A DNA stretch of 64,000 nucleotides, from assembly GCA_013239625.1 (NCBI GenBank), contig MU054391.1, positions 2,571,130-2,635,129 on the forward strand, in the 5' to 3' direction. Positions within the stretch are counted from its first letter, which is position 1, and each line of letters opens with the position of its first letter. This document shows, in pieces, positions 35,721-49,409 of this stretch. This stretch comes from Lama guanicoe (lineage: Eukaryota). The notes beneath the pieces are model-generated. The model was not told the origin of the DNA, ran no database searches, and saw only the letters and a list, made by a program, of their open reading frames with translations. The translations under genes and the position numbers were made by a program.

Positions 35721-37789
35721 GCCCGCTGGAAAGCTGGGAGGGGTGACCGCGTCCATCTGTCTAAGGGATTGGCAGAGCTTTCCTGCTACAGCCTGGTTGC
35801 CTAAAATAGATATTTAATCATATAGAATTTTTAAAATCTGTTTATATTATATCAGGATTGCTTGGTATTTTAGAACCAAATATAAATATATACATATACA
35901 GAGTATATAGCATGATATACATGTCATGGAAATATACAAAATGTGTATATAAGTACAGTTATCTGTATAGATTTGATGTATAAATATAGACTTTTTCATT
36001 ATCTCATTAAATCCTCCAAATAATACTTTTTCCTACAAGTTTAATGCCAACCCCAAATTAAAGGTATGCCTCTCCCACAGCCACCCAGATCATGGTGGGT
36101 GTTGAACAGGACAGAGACCTTCTAAGTTTCTCTACAAAACTTCATTCTAAATTCATACTGATGCATTAAAAGGTGAGCTTATAACCCTGCAGGCATTTTC
36201 CCTCCTATGCGTGTTGTATTTAACACATAATAGTTAATAATCAATGGTAGCAGATCCTATCTTTCTTTCGCTTTGGAACCCGACACACTGTGAGAGGTTA
36301 CAAAGGCTGGCTTGTATTTCTGTGTCCTTCCAGGAGAAACAGAGGCCCAGATCAGAGTTTTGATTTTGTGGCTCACCTTTGTGTGGGAAGCACTTGCCAG
36401 GGGAATTTTGGAGCAAGGAGACAGGCTCAAGCACAGAAGGAGGCTCCTCGGTGACCCTGTCCCCCTCCCCTCTGACACGTGGGCAGCGGAGCACAGACAA
36501 CCGTGTGGAGTCAGAGCCGAGGATCTGAGAGAGCTGGGCGGTCGGACTGGAGGCCAGTACGGTCAGGGCAGCCAGGCAGGGGCATGGGTGATACCAAGGG
36601 TGCACGGGCAGTGACAGCTTTGGTCTTGCCACTAGGGTTACTCAGACTAAGAGGGAGCTCCTAGATCATCACCAGAAGAAAGAGAGCGTCTGAGAAAATG
36701 AATGACGCACTCATGGGCCAAATGCATGAATGTCGCAGCCATAACAGACAAATAAGGGAGCAAAATCTTCAGCAAGGACATAGCCCCGGTTCGGTCAGCG
36801 TTTTGGCTTTTTAGCAACAGTATGCCTATAATGTTGCCCGTGTCTCTGTGTGTTCATGCACGTGTGTCTGTCTGTCTGAAAGGGAAGGAAGTGAGCCCCT
36901 GAGCGCCAGGTGAGGAGCAGGCCTGCGATACCTGAAATGTGGACACCTGTGTCTACAGAGATGACGGGGATTCGCTAAAATGCCTAAAGTCAACTATTCA
37001 GTGACTTGTGAATCGACTTAATTCATGCGGTGATTTAATTACTGTTTAATACTTGCCTTGTCTCTGAAATGCCAATCTGAAAACTCTGCTTAACAATTTC
37101 CTAAAGTAATACAACCTGGACCCAGCTGAGCCTCGTGACCATCACAGCCCCCTGGCAAGAGTCAGTCAGGGGCTGGGACCGAGCTGGGCTCCAGGCACAG
37201 CTAGGGAAGTGGGAGCCCACATGGAGACTGTTCTAACCAGGCCACCCAGCAGGGAGCAAAGTGCACGCACTGTACCTCGACACGTATCTGCTGCCTGTCA
37301 CACCAGTGGCATCGCAACACCATGACAGGATTACCCAGCTGTAGGTCTTGCTTCTAAGACAATGTTGCATACTGCAAGCTGTGAAGTAGGTACCAGTTTT
37401 ATGCACACAGAACATCAACATGCCCAAGAAAGCACCAACTACACTTTTGAAATTATTCACACTCATGTCATTGTTCCAAGTGGCCTTTCCTCTCTCTGTT
37501 CATTAAATACCAAAATACAAGATAATTGTTCATATGAGAAAGAAATACAACCAAAGAAATAACCCAATGTTGTCTTATTTGCTTGATGTTTTAGTTAGTT
37601 TTTTTTTCTTTTTTTTCATCTAATTAATTTTCTGTGTTTCTTGAAGCATGGTAGCCAATGTATTCTCCTTGTCAAATAAATGAGTTGTTGAATGAATAAA
37701 TCACATCCCAGTGTTTTTGTAAATGATTAGTCTTGAGTGATCACACTGACTTCTGTAAAGTAAAACAGAGGTTATCAACAAGCTACATG

Positions 37790-37877
37790 TTTGGAGCTCA
37801 GTTTCTTGAAGGAGAGGGATATACTTTTCAATCTTGTGCTCTCAGTGACTGGCACATAATAGGATAAATAAACACTG
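37790..37877 (+). mobile_element. L2 3' end
   Basis: cagtgactggcacataataggataaataaacactg. Confidence 0.6.
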
Positions 37878-38125
37878 TCAGATGGGTGGGTGGGCAGGTG
37901 GGTGGATGAGTGAGTTAGTGGGTGGATGGATGGATGAGTGGATGGGTGGGTGGGTGGATGGATGGATGGGTCGGTGAATGCATGGCTAGAGGGATGAGTG
38001 GATGAATGAATGGATGGAGGAAAGAGTGGATGATGAATAGAGGGATGGAGGGATAAAGGGACGAGTGGATGAGTGGATGGTTGGATGGGTGGTTGGATAG
38101 ATGATTGCAAGGATGGGTGGAGGGA
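37878..38125 (+). repeat. Degenerate (GGAT/GGGT/GAGT)n tetranucleotide repeat at the L2 tail
   Basis: gatgggtgggtgggcaggtgggtggatgagtgagt...ggatggatggatggg. Confidence 0.9.
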
Positions 38126-41074
38126 TGAGAAAGCTGGGAAGAGCTGAGTTCAGAGCAGTGGTGATGTTTTTATTCACATTCCACCATAACCTGTGTAGAC
38201 TTACTCACTGGAGCCCACAACTGCCATTCAGATACTTCACCCAAAAACTGAAAGGCGTCACATTCATAAGGTAGTGGGAAGGAATCTGAGGCGTTAAAGA
38301 AACGGCCCATGTTGAATTATGACTTGCTTAGTTGTATATTAATTTATAAATATAGGGGAGCTTGAAAATGTGTGGAATTACAGATCATTGATTTTGAAAA
38401 GGGCTCTAAGAAACACATCTTTTATATCAGTGAGAACAGTGAAGACAGAGGTGCGCTGTGTTCTCAGTCTCCTGAGATAGTAGTGCCAAAGACAGGGCCA
38501 GACGTGGCATCGATGCCAGCCTCTTCAGTTTCCTTAATTTTTTTTTTAATTAGAAGTTTTCTGTAATTCTTTAGAAAATGTTTTTATTTTCTGCAAGAAG
38601 TTTAACCGTAAAGCTCTTCACATCAAAGGGTATTTTTTTTCCGTTATTTCCCAAGTTGTCTGAGAAAACAAAAATGCCTGTTTCTACATCCTGACAGCTG
38701 GGAGATAATAAATGAATAAATGGCTTTTGACTCGCTTCTCCACCACCAAACACACTCCGAGATGTGATGCAAGGAGGCCTGAGTTTAAGTCCAGGCTTTC
38801 TGAGCAAAATGGATGTGACCTCCGGCCGGCGTCTGTAGGCTGTGGACTTCCCTTCGCTATAAAGTAGGCCTGGTAAGACTTAGTGCGCAGGACTTTAAGG
38901 AATAATCAGACGGCGTGATGACCGTAAAAACACTTCGCGAATAGTCACAAGGGAGATACAGATTAGGTTCTGCATGATATCCCACCAAGAGCTGGGTGGA
39001 GAAGGCTCAATTCAGTTTCAAGCAGTGACTCCCCACCTCCCGTGGGGACGTCCCCCGACCTTGTAGAGGGCAGTTGAAAAACGCCCCATTTTCCACGGGT
39101 TTTCCACAGCAGGCCCCACCATATGACTCAAATGTGGATTAATAGTGTCCTATCTCGAGGCCTCAGAGTGAGTACTATTTGGTGTCAAAGTAGTAATTAA
39201 ATACGGCGAGAAAGCAAACCAGGCCGTCCGAATGTTAATCTCATTATTGCCCTCTCAGAGCTGCTTGCCAAAAAGTTAACAGCCCTTAAAGCTCTGCTGC
39301 TCCTCCCGGCAGAACAGCAAACGAATCGGGGCGGCCCTGACACGAGTATTACCAGCGGGGCTAATCCTTTGCCTTGTACACATCAAAAAGGCTCTGGGGA
39401 GGCTTTGTGGAAACTCGCATTTTTCACCGTTTTAATATTTCATGTGTTTTCAGAAGCAAAACTCTGTGACTTTGCGCCCATCCCTCACTCTAGTTCTTTA
39501 TTCAAAAATCATTGACAGATTCCTTCTTTCAAAACCTATTTTCCCTCCGCAGATGGAGATATTGTTTCACAAATCTTGATGTAAACGAAAACAAGGAAGG
39601 TTACAATGTCACCAGAAAGCAAGGCGTGTCCCTGATCACAAAGTCCCATTCATGCAAAAAGCAGACAGGTTTGATGGACAATCTGATGACAGTGAACGCC
39701 GTCCAAAACGCGTCTCTTTCCCGATTTCCGTGTCTGTCTGCTGTCGTCACCCTTAGCCACTGAGGACACCTGAGCAAGGTGTGAGCCACTGGAGGAAGCA
39801 AGTGTGAACCATCTTCCATCTCATTGCTAGTGAATCACATGGCAGGAAAGAAAGAAACAAAAATGCCCAGGTGTGCAAGACACTGTTGGACAGAGGCCCT
39901 CGCCTGGGTTCTGCGATGACAGCTGCAGCTACGTCCGGATCCTGTCAATGCTAATTACACCTGGACGACAGGGTGCGGACGCTCACACACTGGGCTGTGC
40001 TGACGTCCTTCGTTCTGTGCATTTATCTGGCATCATCTGCACTTCTCAGTGTTGACCAGAATAGGATGGCCAGCAGGTTAGCAAGCCACGGAGCCCTGCG
40101 ACGAACGAGCCAACGTCTTCCTTTGGTGAACACTCCTTCCTGGGGACCTTCCACCTGATCGTCCATGAATTAATATTTTCAGGACACCATATGGACAAAG
40201 GGCTGCTGCTTCCAGTCTGTAATAATTGCCTGGAAGCAAAAAATCAGGCCCACGACTGCTCTGGCCTACTCATATTCATTAGCTAAGTGCACATATTTTC
40301 TGTTAATTGTGATTCTGAAGACGGAGCGGGCCTCTCTGAGGTGACAGACAAACAGCAGGATATCATGAATATGGATGGTGTGTCTGAGAAAATCAATTAA
40401 CAGGGGCCAGTCACTCCATTGACCCACTTCTGTTGTCAGCAGTGAGTGTGACAGTGAGGGTCTGCATTGCATGAGTTTGCACGACACAGTTTCCTCCTGA
40501 TCACCCAGTTTACTTCATGCATGTGGACTATTTTAAGCACCGCACGGCAGTCAGATAATTAATCACGAAATCACCAATACTGACATTAAGGAACGAGCGA
40601 TCCATTATTGCCGATCACCACTTGAAAGCAGGGCTGGTCCTGCTACATCTGGGAAGGTAGGGGCGGCGGGGCGGGTCTAACTCACGGGTTCCCTTGGAGC
40701 GCATTGGTCTGGGTCAATGACGAACTGGCGAAACTCCTTTCTTCATCCTGAACCATCTGACTTCAGTTCCAAGCCTTATCTTTATTTTGTTTGTTTAATC
40801 ATTCTGAATGAGACAGATTAACCTAGCCCGAAGCAACAAATACCAGTTGTCTTGATAATGACAATAGAAGTCCCATTGGTTAATACTTAGTTATTTGGGA
40901 GTCAGCATAGTCCTTGGCCTGAATCACCTGAATAATTTATATAAATGCCCCCAAACATAGTATTTCTAAGGCTTAATAATAAAAATATTTTGTCACCAAA
41001 TTTCTAGAGCAGCCAAAACTGATATATTATTTCTTACGTGCATTTATGATTTACAACTTTCTCTCTGACTATTA

Positions 41075-41190
41075 TTCCAAAGCAGTGAGTGTGTGGGCTA
41101 CTGAGGGCAGAAATACTGTCTTATTCACATTCCTACCTCCGCATCTGGCACAGTTCCTGGAATGTTTTAAACATTTAACAAATGTTGGTT
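41075..41190 (+). mobile_element. L2 3' end
   Basis: ctgagggcagaaatactgtcttattcac...ctggcacagttcctggaa...aacaaatgttggtt. Confidence 0.7.
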
Positions 41191-41274
41191 CTACAGACTT
41201 TATAGAAGCAAAAGAATTGGGGATAAAGAGTATCATTCAAATCGAACAAAAACGATTTGCCCATAAGAGGTGCA

Positions 41275-41510
41275 GAGGCAGGACTGAGAGCTTAGACTTT
41301 GAATTCCAACAGCTTCATGCATCACAGTCCCCAGGCAAGAAACTTGATTTTTCGGAGCCTACTTTTTTTCATCTTCCAAATCTCTGGGCTGTCTTCTCGT
41401 CTGTAACATGGAGAGATTAGTATTTGCCTCAGAGGCAAACACAATATTAAAAGTGAAACGCTAGCATGGCCATTAGTTCATGCTAGTGATTAACACATCT
41501 TAGCTATTGT
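41275..41510 (+). mobile_element. MIR SINE
   Basis: tttgaattcca...ggcaagaaacttgatttttcggagcct...ctcgtctgtaacatggagagattagtatttgcctcagagg. Confidence 0.6.
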
Positions 41511-41689
41511 TAGCAGGGCACTAGATACAAGGATCTGAAAAAAATATCTGGGCACAAGAGCCCTTAAAACTTTGTAATTAGCAGAATGTGGGGAAAACAA
41601 GAGAGGATAGAGCCAATTGTGACCAATAGTACATCAGTTTGAGACTAGGTAGAAAGCAATTTTAGTGATTAAGACAGAGACATAAAGAA

Positions 41690-42270
41690 AGAAAGACACT
41701 TACATAGAAAGATGATTACACTTAGTTTGGGTCGGGCAAAATTTAAAGTGCTTAGAAACAGTGCAGTTGGCAATGCCCAGGGGCAAGTTGCATGCATGTC
41801 TGCAGTCCGAGGAAAAGCTGCAGCCTGCAGACACGCATCTGAGAGGCAGCAGCAAAGCAAGCAAGTGTGACAGTGCCACAACCTCCAGAGCACAGGATGC
41901 AAGGTGGAGGAGCTGGGGACTGATGGAGAACCCTGAGGAACGCACTCATTTAGAAGGATGGCCAGACATACAGGGAGCTCCAAATAAGCAGAATAAATGG
42001 CTGCAAAGCTACAGTGGGAACCGTAGAAGGTGGTGTGACAAGAGCAAGAAATCAGAGTGATTCAAAAAGGGCATGGACAACAGTGTCAGGTAAGTCTCAT
42101 AAAATAAAGACCGAGAACCATGCACTGGAGTTGACGATGGATGATCAGTGACCTTAATGAGAACAGGAGGGCAAAGGTCAGAGTTCAGCAGGTGGAGACA
42201 GTGGATAATAAGTGGAATAGTGGACAAAGTGAGAAGAGCAAGTTCAAAATGTTGGGAAGTAAAGACTGGT
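41690..42270 (-). mobile_element. L2 LINE internal fragment
   Basis: ttagtttgggtc...atttaaagtgc...ggagaaccctgaggaacgcactcattta...gtggtgtgacaag...caacagtgtca...cagtgaccttaatgagaacag. Confidence 0.72.
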
Positions 42271-42594
42271 GACAAACATGGGGTCAAGGATCCTCAGCAA
42301 GGGTCTTAGGTATCACCTTTGTGACCAATGGCCTGTTGGATTCTGTTGAGTTTCAGACGAAATCAGAGCAAAGAGAAGAAGGGACTGAGTCTCTGTCTTT
42401 AGTAAACTTACCTTACTACCCTGATGACGTATGGCAAAGGCATAACAATAAACAACATACAGTAGATTCTACGACAACAAATACATGAGAATCAGATGCT
42501 CTGTTGGATATGGGTTAACAAAGGAAGTTCTAATGGAAATGGACTTACAACTGCAGCAAGAAAACAGTCTACCAAGTTTTGTGCAGATACCATT

Positions 42595-42985
42595 TTGGGT
42601 TGACTGGACTAGTGCTCTCAGTTTATCTTTGCCGTGTGAACTTCCATTATGCTACGTTGGTGGAGGATACACCCCCACATCTTTGATATTGGGCTGTGAC
42701 TTATGCAATGTTAGTAGACGTTTTTTAGATGGAAGTTTCAAGTGTGCCCTTGTGGTCTGCCGTTAGAGGTGCACACCCCATGTTTAGCTGCTGGACCAAG
42801 GAAACCAGGAAGATGTCTAGCAGAACTGAAACCAGTCCATAGCCTGGAACCAAGACCAGCTCATCCCAGGCAAGACCAGGAGAGCTCCTGCAAACCCGCA
42901 GCCTTAAGAAAGAAAACAATGCTTGTTATGGTAAACCATAAGGTTTTTTGTGGTTTGATGCTAGTCCATAAAAGTGATCAATACC
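42595..42985 (+). mobile_element. Old MLT1 (H/I-like) LTR
   Basis: tttgccgtgtgaactt...gggctgtgactt...tagctgctggaccaagga...gcagaactgaaacca...aatgcttgttatggtaaaccataag. Confidence 0.65.
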
Positions 42986-43204
42986 GCGTTAATTATATCA
43001 AGATAAAACGGGCAGTGTATTGATGACTAAATACTACAGAAAGGAGGTCTATCTAAACGGCACTTACGCAAACTTCTTGGCAAAGCAGGTTGTGATGACA
43101 AAATCATTGATGGGAAATACAGATCACTCTGCTCAGTTTTCAAGTGTGGGGTGTAAGTTATAATTCGTCCTAAGGGAAATAGGAGGGATTAACTTGTAGA
43201 GTTT

Positions 43205-43337
43205 CTCCCCTCATCCACGGTTTCTCTTACCCACAGTCAACCACGGTCTGAAATTACGAATGGAAAATTCCAGCAATAAACAGTTCACAACTTTTAAGTA
43301 TGGCGCCATTCTGAGTAGCGTAATGAAGGCTTGCGCA
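43205..43337 (+). mobile_element. MER44/Tigger7 5' fragment
   Basis: ttacccacagtcaaccacggtctgaaa...atggaaaattccagcaataaacagttcacaacttttaa...cgccattctgagtagcgtaatgaa. Confidence 0.85.
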
Positions 43338-44292
43338 GTAGTTCTGGTCTATTTAACCCCTTCCCCGAGCACCGCCACTTCCTCATTGCATGATTCCCGT
43401 AATCATGGGCACCAGGTCTGTGAGGCTCTGAAAGGTAATTCAGAGTGGCCTCTCCTCATTTGGTACCTGACTCCTTCCTAAAAGATCCCCAGATATTATC
43501 CAGGCTCTGCCAAAATGTTTGCCATCTTCCAAGGCAGTTTTTAAAATTTGATCCTTATGTTTAAATACAAACATGTTGCCCAGTCTTCATAACCATCTGA
43601 ACTTTCCACCATCTGAACTCCCACTCAGGACAGTGACTTGGAAACAACGATCATGAATTATTGGACCTTCTTTACGATAAATATTCCCAAATTGCTAAAA
43701 TCCTTGTATGGCACCTTAATATATCCAGGGCACAGACTTTGGTTTCTTTTTTCCCCCTTACTTTCAATATCATGTGATTTTTTTTCAGATCTCCACCTTA
43801 TTATAATATCTGTATTTATGTGAGGGTGATTCATGAGTTTTCCATATGTTCTGAGTAACGTAAATAAACTCTTGAGTCTTTTGAGTGTGGATGTTTCTGT
43901 TAAATAAAAGAGAGGAAGAGCCAGCTGTTTCTACTCTGTGCACTTTCCTTGCTTTGAACCAACATTTAAACAACAAAAGTAGTATTATGTTTTCTGATTC
44001 TGGGGTTTGGTTCTCCTCACTGTGTGACACACAAGATTCTTTTCAAAGAATCCTTTATATGATCTTCTGGTTTCTTCTTTACTTGTCCCGCTTTTACAGC
44101 TGATGGCTGTGGTATTCCAGGCTTGGGAGAGAGTGTGCAAGCCGACTCAGCCCGACCTCACCAGCCGCATGGGTAGGAGATAGATATCTGAGTTGCTTTG
44201 ATGAAACCCAAGAACCATCACAATAATACAGCCAGAAAAATTAGCATTGTACCACGGCATCTATATTTGAAACCGATACATTTCTCAAGAAA

Positions 44293-44515
44293 AGTATGGT
44301 GTGCTGCAGGCCAGCCCTGCCAATTTGTGAGACCAGGTTGTGGGAACTAATTTTTAACCCTGCAGGAATTTTGTGAGCCAGTTCTTACATAGTTGATGCA
44401 TTAACATCTGCCGTGCTGGGAGCTGGGCGTCTACACCACAGGAAGGGGCAGATGCAACCGTTCCAGGCTTTTTTTTTTCCTGCCATAGGGAATCAGTGTA
44501 CTAACGTAACACTCG
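44293..44515 (+). mobile_element. MER63A-type (hAT-Blackjack) element
   Basis: ggtgtgctgcaggcc...caggaattttgtgagccagtt...ctacaccacaggaa...caggcttttttt. Confidence 0.65.
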
Positions 44516-44699
44516 CTGTTGACATATCTTTCAATCATTATAAACATCATCTCTCTCCACTAGAAAATTCAGCATAATGTCCTGAAGCATCCATTATAAC
44601 AAAGAATTGATTTCTCTCCCATGCACTAGAAAATTACTATCTATATGCTATATTTAGGAGAACTGAGAAAATAATCATTCAAATCATTTCTGGCGGTGC

Positions 44700-44762
44700 T
44701 TTATTTCATTATTTTATTTTATTTTATTTTATTTTATTTTATTTTATTTTATTTTATTTTTT
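44700..44762 (+). repeat. (ATTTT)n microsatellite
   Basis: About 12 near-perfect pentamer units. Confidence 0.95.
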
Positions 44763-44814
44763 GCAGAAATCTGGTTGAGAAAAGCCGGCGGGCAGGTCAA
44801 ACAGACACTGTAAG

Positions 44815-44938
44815 CCAGTGGTCCTTAACATTAGTGCACACTAGGATCACCTGGGGACATTTTTTTGATGCAGATGTCTAGGCTGCACCCCAAACCAGTG
44901 AGATCAGAATTCCCTGGTAGTCTTGAGAACCGCTGCTA
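44815..44938 (+). mobile_element. MER5-family MITE (internally deleted)
   Basis: cagtggtccttaac...gatcacctgggga...tgcagatgtctaggctgcacccca...atcagaat...ttgagaaccgctg. Confidence 0.7.
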
Positions 44939-45779
44939 GATACATTTTGGGAAGAAAGGACGGCAGATCCGTGTGTTTTCTCAAAGCAAGTAGTGGGCTG
45001 TGGACGTGGATGCGGGTCCAACACACGTTGAGTAAACACTGATCACGCAGCAAGCTTAACTGATCAATACCTGCCGCGATATTTTGCAGAAGAAATGTCG
45101 CCGTTCCTATCCCACGGCTGCCTCCTGGACCGGGAGCCCGGACTGACCGGGACAACGAGTGACTGACAGCGGCATCACCCTCACCAGCAGCCACGTGGCT
45201 GAGCATCTCTGTCTCCTCAGGAGCTCCCCCGTAGCCCTTCCCGTCCCAGGGCGGCTGGCCTCTCGCACATGAATTCCTCTTCCTTTCTCTTTTCTCCAGC
45301 TTCGGTTAAGTATGTACACATTCCTCACGACTTGGCTCCAGCATCAACCTTCCAAAAAGCTTTCCTACTTGGTCTCTGCTGACTTGGCTGGAAAACGTCC
45401 GTGTGGCTCTCGGAGTCCGCCGTGAACACGCTGCTCATGGAAAGCCCAACGGGGCTCTGAGCAATTCTGGCAGGTCAGGACTGCATCTGATCTCTGCATC
45501 TTCAGGATGGGGCTTAGGTCAGCCCACAGGACGCGCTCACAGATGTATGTGGAATGAATTGGAATTTATCTCACTCTGAAGAGCTTATACTGATAAAGCA
45601 TTTTACAGGAGAATACATATAATATACATACACACACATCATTACATTACGTACATTTATAGATATGCATACATAAATACATACACATATATTACTTCAT
45701 TGGATAAAGGATGTTTATAATAATAAAGAACATTTGCCTTATTGGATTAAAGATCATGAGCAATCCATAAAACCAAAAT

Positions 45780-46440
45780 AATGACGTTTTCTGACAAAAT
45801 TTAAAACTCTAAAAATGTTTACCTCAAACTCTCATTAGAGCAACATTTTAAAAAATATATATCAGGAAAAATAAAAATTGATCCCCAAAGTGAGGACTGT
45901 GATACCAGAGGAAACTGTGAGACAAAAAATCTGGCAAGCGTTGGCAAATGCAAACAAACGTTGACTTTACAGCATGAAAATATAACAATTATTAATGTTG
46001 TGGCAAAGAAAACACAGTGGAATTAAAATACTGAACAAAGATAATGTTTTAGACAGGAAAATCAATGCCATACTGAATACATTCTCTGAAAAAAGGTAAT
46101 TAATTTAAAAATCAATAATATAAAATGAGCTCTAAAACATAGGCAGTGGTGAATTTTAAATCATACTTCTGAAAAATTCATGGATCAAAGGAAAAATAAG
46201 AAAAGTTTTGAAACAGTAGCAGTAAAAATGATGACAAGGCTACATATCACAGCTGTGGGATACAGCGGAAGAGGTTTGTGGTTGGAAATTTATAATTATA
46301 AATGTTTTCATTATAAAGGAAGGGCTGAAAATTGATGAGCTAAGCCTGCAGTTCAAGGGGTTTGAGTAAGAACAGCAGGCTAAACCCAGATAAAATTTAA
46401 AAACAATAAAGAACAGCAAACAAAGACACTGGAATTGGAG
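45780..46440 (+). mobile_element. Decayed old L1 ORF2 (endonuclease-region) fragment
   Basis: atacttctgaaaaattcatggatcaaagga...ctgtgggatacagcggaagagg...ggaaatttata...ttgatgagctaagcctgcagttcaagg. Confidence 0.7.
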
Positions 46441-46789
46441 ACTCATACGGTCTGTACCTCAGCAACTCCGTGCCAGGCATGGAACAACCAGAATTCTGCA
46501 CAGGTGCTCCCGGGCCTCTATTCAGGCTGGTCCCACCACCCGTGTCTATATCTAAATCTGTTCAAAGATAAATATTCTAGAGATAAAACACATTTCAATA
46601 TGTATGTATAGACTTGTAAATGTATACAGATTTTATTTTTTGTTATATATGTGTGTGTGAGTATTTATACGAGAACCCAACCTTGTAGCACTTTAAGTCC
46701 ACGGAGGTGATTAAAGACCAGGAGCCCCACTAAAGACTAGGTGTCTGGATTCTCTGTTTGGTAAGAGAGACACGATGTCTGCTCGTCCA

Positions 46790-47050
46790 GGGACACGACT
46801 TACCGGCTGGACGTCATGCTCTGAGTGCAGGTGGAACATGAGGACAACGTGGCCTCCCACTGCAGGGGGGCGTGGTCAGAGAGAAGTTCATGAAGAGGGC
46901 AGTCAGGCTGGGAGAGGACTGACTGTCCGGCCATCAGAATTCATACAGAAACTAGGAGTGTTCCGCCTTGAGGTTAACCTCATGGCTGTCTCAGAATGCA
47001 GAAGTTGGAAGGGGCGGTAGACACTCTGTGTGGTTCTAGGGCGCAGCTGG
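46790..47050 (+). mobile_element. L3/CR1 fragment
   Basis: tcagagaga...caggctgggagagg...gaaactaggagtgttccgccttgag...atggctgtctcagaat. Confidence 0.45.
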
Positions 47051-47109
47051 AAGTGATGATGAATGTGACAGTGGGATTATGATAAAAAGTGAGGAGGTGA
47101 AGAGAGAAA

Positions 47110-47290
47110 TATCGCATCTGTACACTAACTAGCTTTTAAGATCCTGGAAAAATTACTTAACTTGAGCCTTTGCTTCCTCTCTTAATAAAAAGGAAATAAT
47201 TGCTTATCTGCTGGCTTGTGGGGAGGTTGTATGAGATTACAGGTAGAGTGCTGAGCACAGACGCAGACACAGAGCAATGTTTAACACAGC
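47110..47290 (+). mobile_element. MIR SINE
   Basis: actaactagct...aaattacttaacttgagcctttgcttcctc...aaaggaaataat...agagtgctgagcacag. Confidence 0.65.
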
Positions 47291-47671
47291 CTCTCTGAAT
47301 CTTCATAAAAATAATTCTGTAAAATGTGTTTCTGCCAGTCTAACAATGTAGAATCAATTCTGAAAGCTGGTATAATCTCTGATAATAACCAGGTTTAAGA
47401 AACCTGTATGTCCAGCCTGTTTTTGAAGGCATTTATAACCTTGTGTGTTTTTTTTTTTAAAGCAACAAAAACAAAAGAAATCAACAAAAACCTACATACC
47501 CCAATTTTATAGGAAAACCATTTGGGGAAAATATTCACACATGAAAGCTTTGCACTCTTCTTAACTCTTGAAATTCACTTTCTTCTTTGGCAATTTCTTA
47601 CTAATTATTGCTCTTCATGCCCAAACCAAGCTAACTTCAGCAAACACGGACCTGCATCCAACACTCTAGAC

Positions 47672-47880
47672 TCGGCTTTCTACAGCTGGGTGCTGTTGAC
47701 ATGTTGGGCTGGTGATTCTTTGAGGTGTGGCTGTGCTGTGCAGCGTGAAAAGTTTAGCAGTAGCCCGGTCCTGTCCTATGCTCACTGGATGCCAGTGGCA
47801 CCTCTGCTCCAGATGTGACAAGAAAATCATGTCTCCAGACGTTACCAGCGCCTCCTCCTCACAGGTGAGGCCGTGGCTCT
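47672..47880 (+). mobile_element. MER20 (hAT-Charlie)
   Basis: gctgttgacatgttgggctggtgattctttg...tttagcagtagcccggtc...cactggatgccagtggcacc...gtgacaagaaaatcatgtctccagac. Confidence 0.85.
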
Positions 47881-49409
47881 ACACCAGCAGGAGCTCATAT
47901 CCTTTCCCTTAATTCCCACCTGATGCCATGTTGAGATACTGAGATTTTACTGAGGGTTTAAAGAAAACAAATTGATGACAGTCAAAAAGAGCACCAGGGA
48001 ATTGAGTGAACGCCCTTTAAAATGCATGCGGTTTATTCGGCTCCACCCTGAATCCCGGTGCAAGTTCAAGGAAGGAGACTCCTTCCCTGACCCCCAGCCT
48101 AACCTCTGGAGTAGAGATCATGTGTCCCCAGCATGGAGGAACATTCTCAAAGCCACCTACACTACTCCCCAGATACTGGACCAAGAACCAGAATGAGACA
48201 GTGCTTCCTATCCCACTTAAACGAAGTTTCCAGTGATCATTTTTGCTAAAGCATTGTCCTGATTGCCCATGATTGATGTCAGGAGATTCTACTTTCCTCA
48301 TAAAAATTCCCCTTTGCTCTCCTTTTTCTTTGTGACTTCCGTGGGACAAATCCTTGTGGACATCATGGGACAAGGTCCTTTATTCTTTCAAGAAGTGCAT
48401 CCCTAGACAGTGGCAGGGCTGAGGAGGAAGACTATCTCTCTAGACACCCTGTGGCCACAAGCTGCGTCCCGGCAAAACAATTGTACCAGCGAAGTCCTCT
48501 TTACAAAAGCATCACTTTCAAACGTCTTCTGGTTCTTATCAAGATTTCCTTAACTGTACGAAGTGGAATGTTTATCATTATTATAAACATCAGCAATACA
48601 GGTTAGCACCTTATCATCAAATATTTTTAATTATATGAAGTTGCTCACGTGTCATGAACATGGTCCCATCCCAATACTGACGTCTTGAAGTCTCTGATCT
48701 TAATAACCTCCATTATTTAAGTCACATGTTTCAGTCTCATATTTCAAATTCAGATGAGAAATGTCGTACTGATAGATGGAGACCACCTTACTTTCTTTAG
48801 AAGATACAAATTCTTTCTACTATTTTTTTCCCCAAACAAGGTTAATCATGTTCAGACACACTCTTGTGCTGGATTGGAGGCTGAGTTCTTTAATCTGGTT
48901 TCTTAGTTTATGCAGGAAATGAATATTGTTTAATGGAACCACCCATCTGAAAAGATATTTTTCCCTTTTTAAAAACTTTTAAAATAATATATCCAATGTT
49001 TGAAACACCAAACACACTGAAACCATTAAGAGCTAAATTACTCAACCGTTTTTCAAATAAGCTGCTCGGAAGTCTTTGATCCTGTGAGCTGACAGCAGCC
49101 GGGGCGCGTGGCCTCTTGGGACTGCGGGAAACCCGTGCTCACGTGTCCCCAGCGCTGTGGCCTGTGGCCGCATTGGGAGCAGGAGGCAATTAGAGGCCCT
49201 GAAAGGAGCAGACATCTCCGTCAGGAGCCCATCATCCAAGGGGAGGGAAAAGTGGCCCTTGTACCATTTTGGATCATGGCTGCACTTCAGTGTGCTGTCT
49301 GCCGAACTCCACTCGTGTTCACCGAATCATTTCAAAACCAGTGTTTTAGGAAAGCCCTCTGAGGAACCTCAAAACTAGGTCAGACAGACGGTCCTGAGGA
49401 AAGGGTCCA

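Noticed and set aside
37775..38110. Pro/Ser/His-rich ORF
   Set aside because: Translation of the (GGAT/GGGT)n simple repeat
41461..41486. 8-9 bp inverted repeats (also 35300-35323 and 50494-50515)
   Set aside because: Arms this short are expected by chance, and the sites are low-complexity or inside repeats
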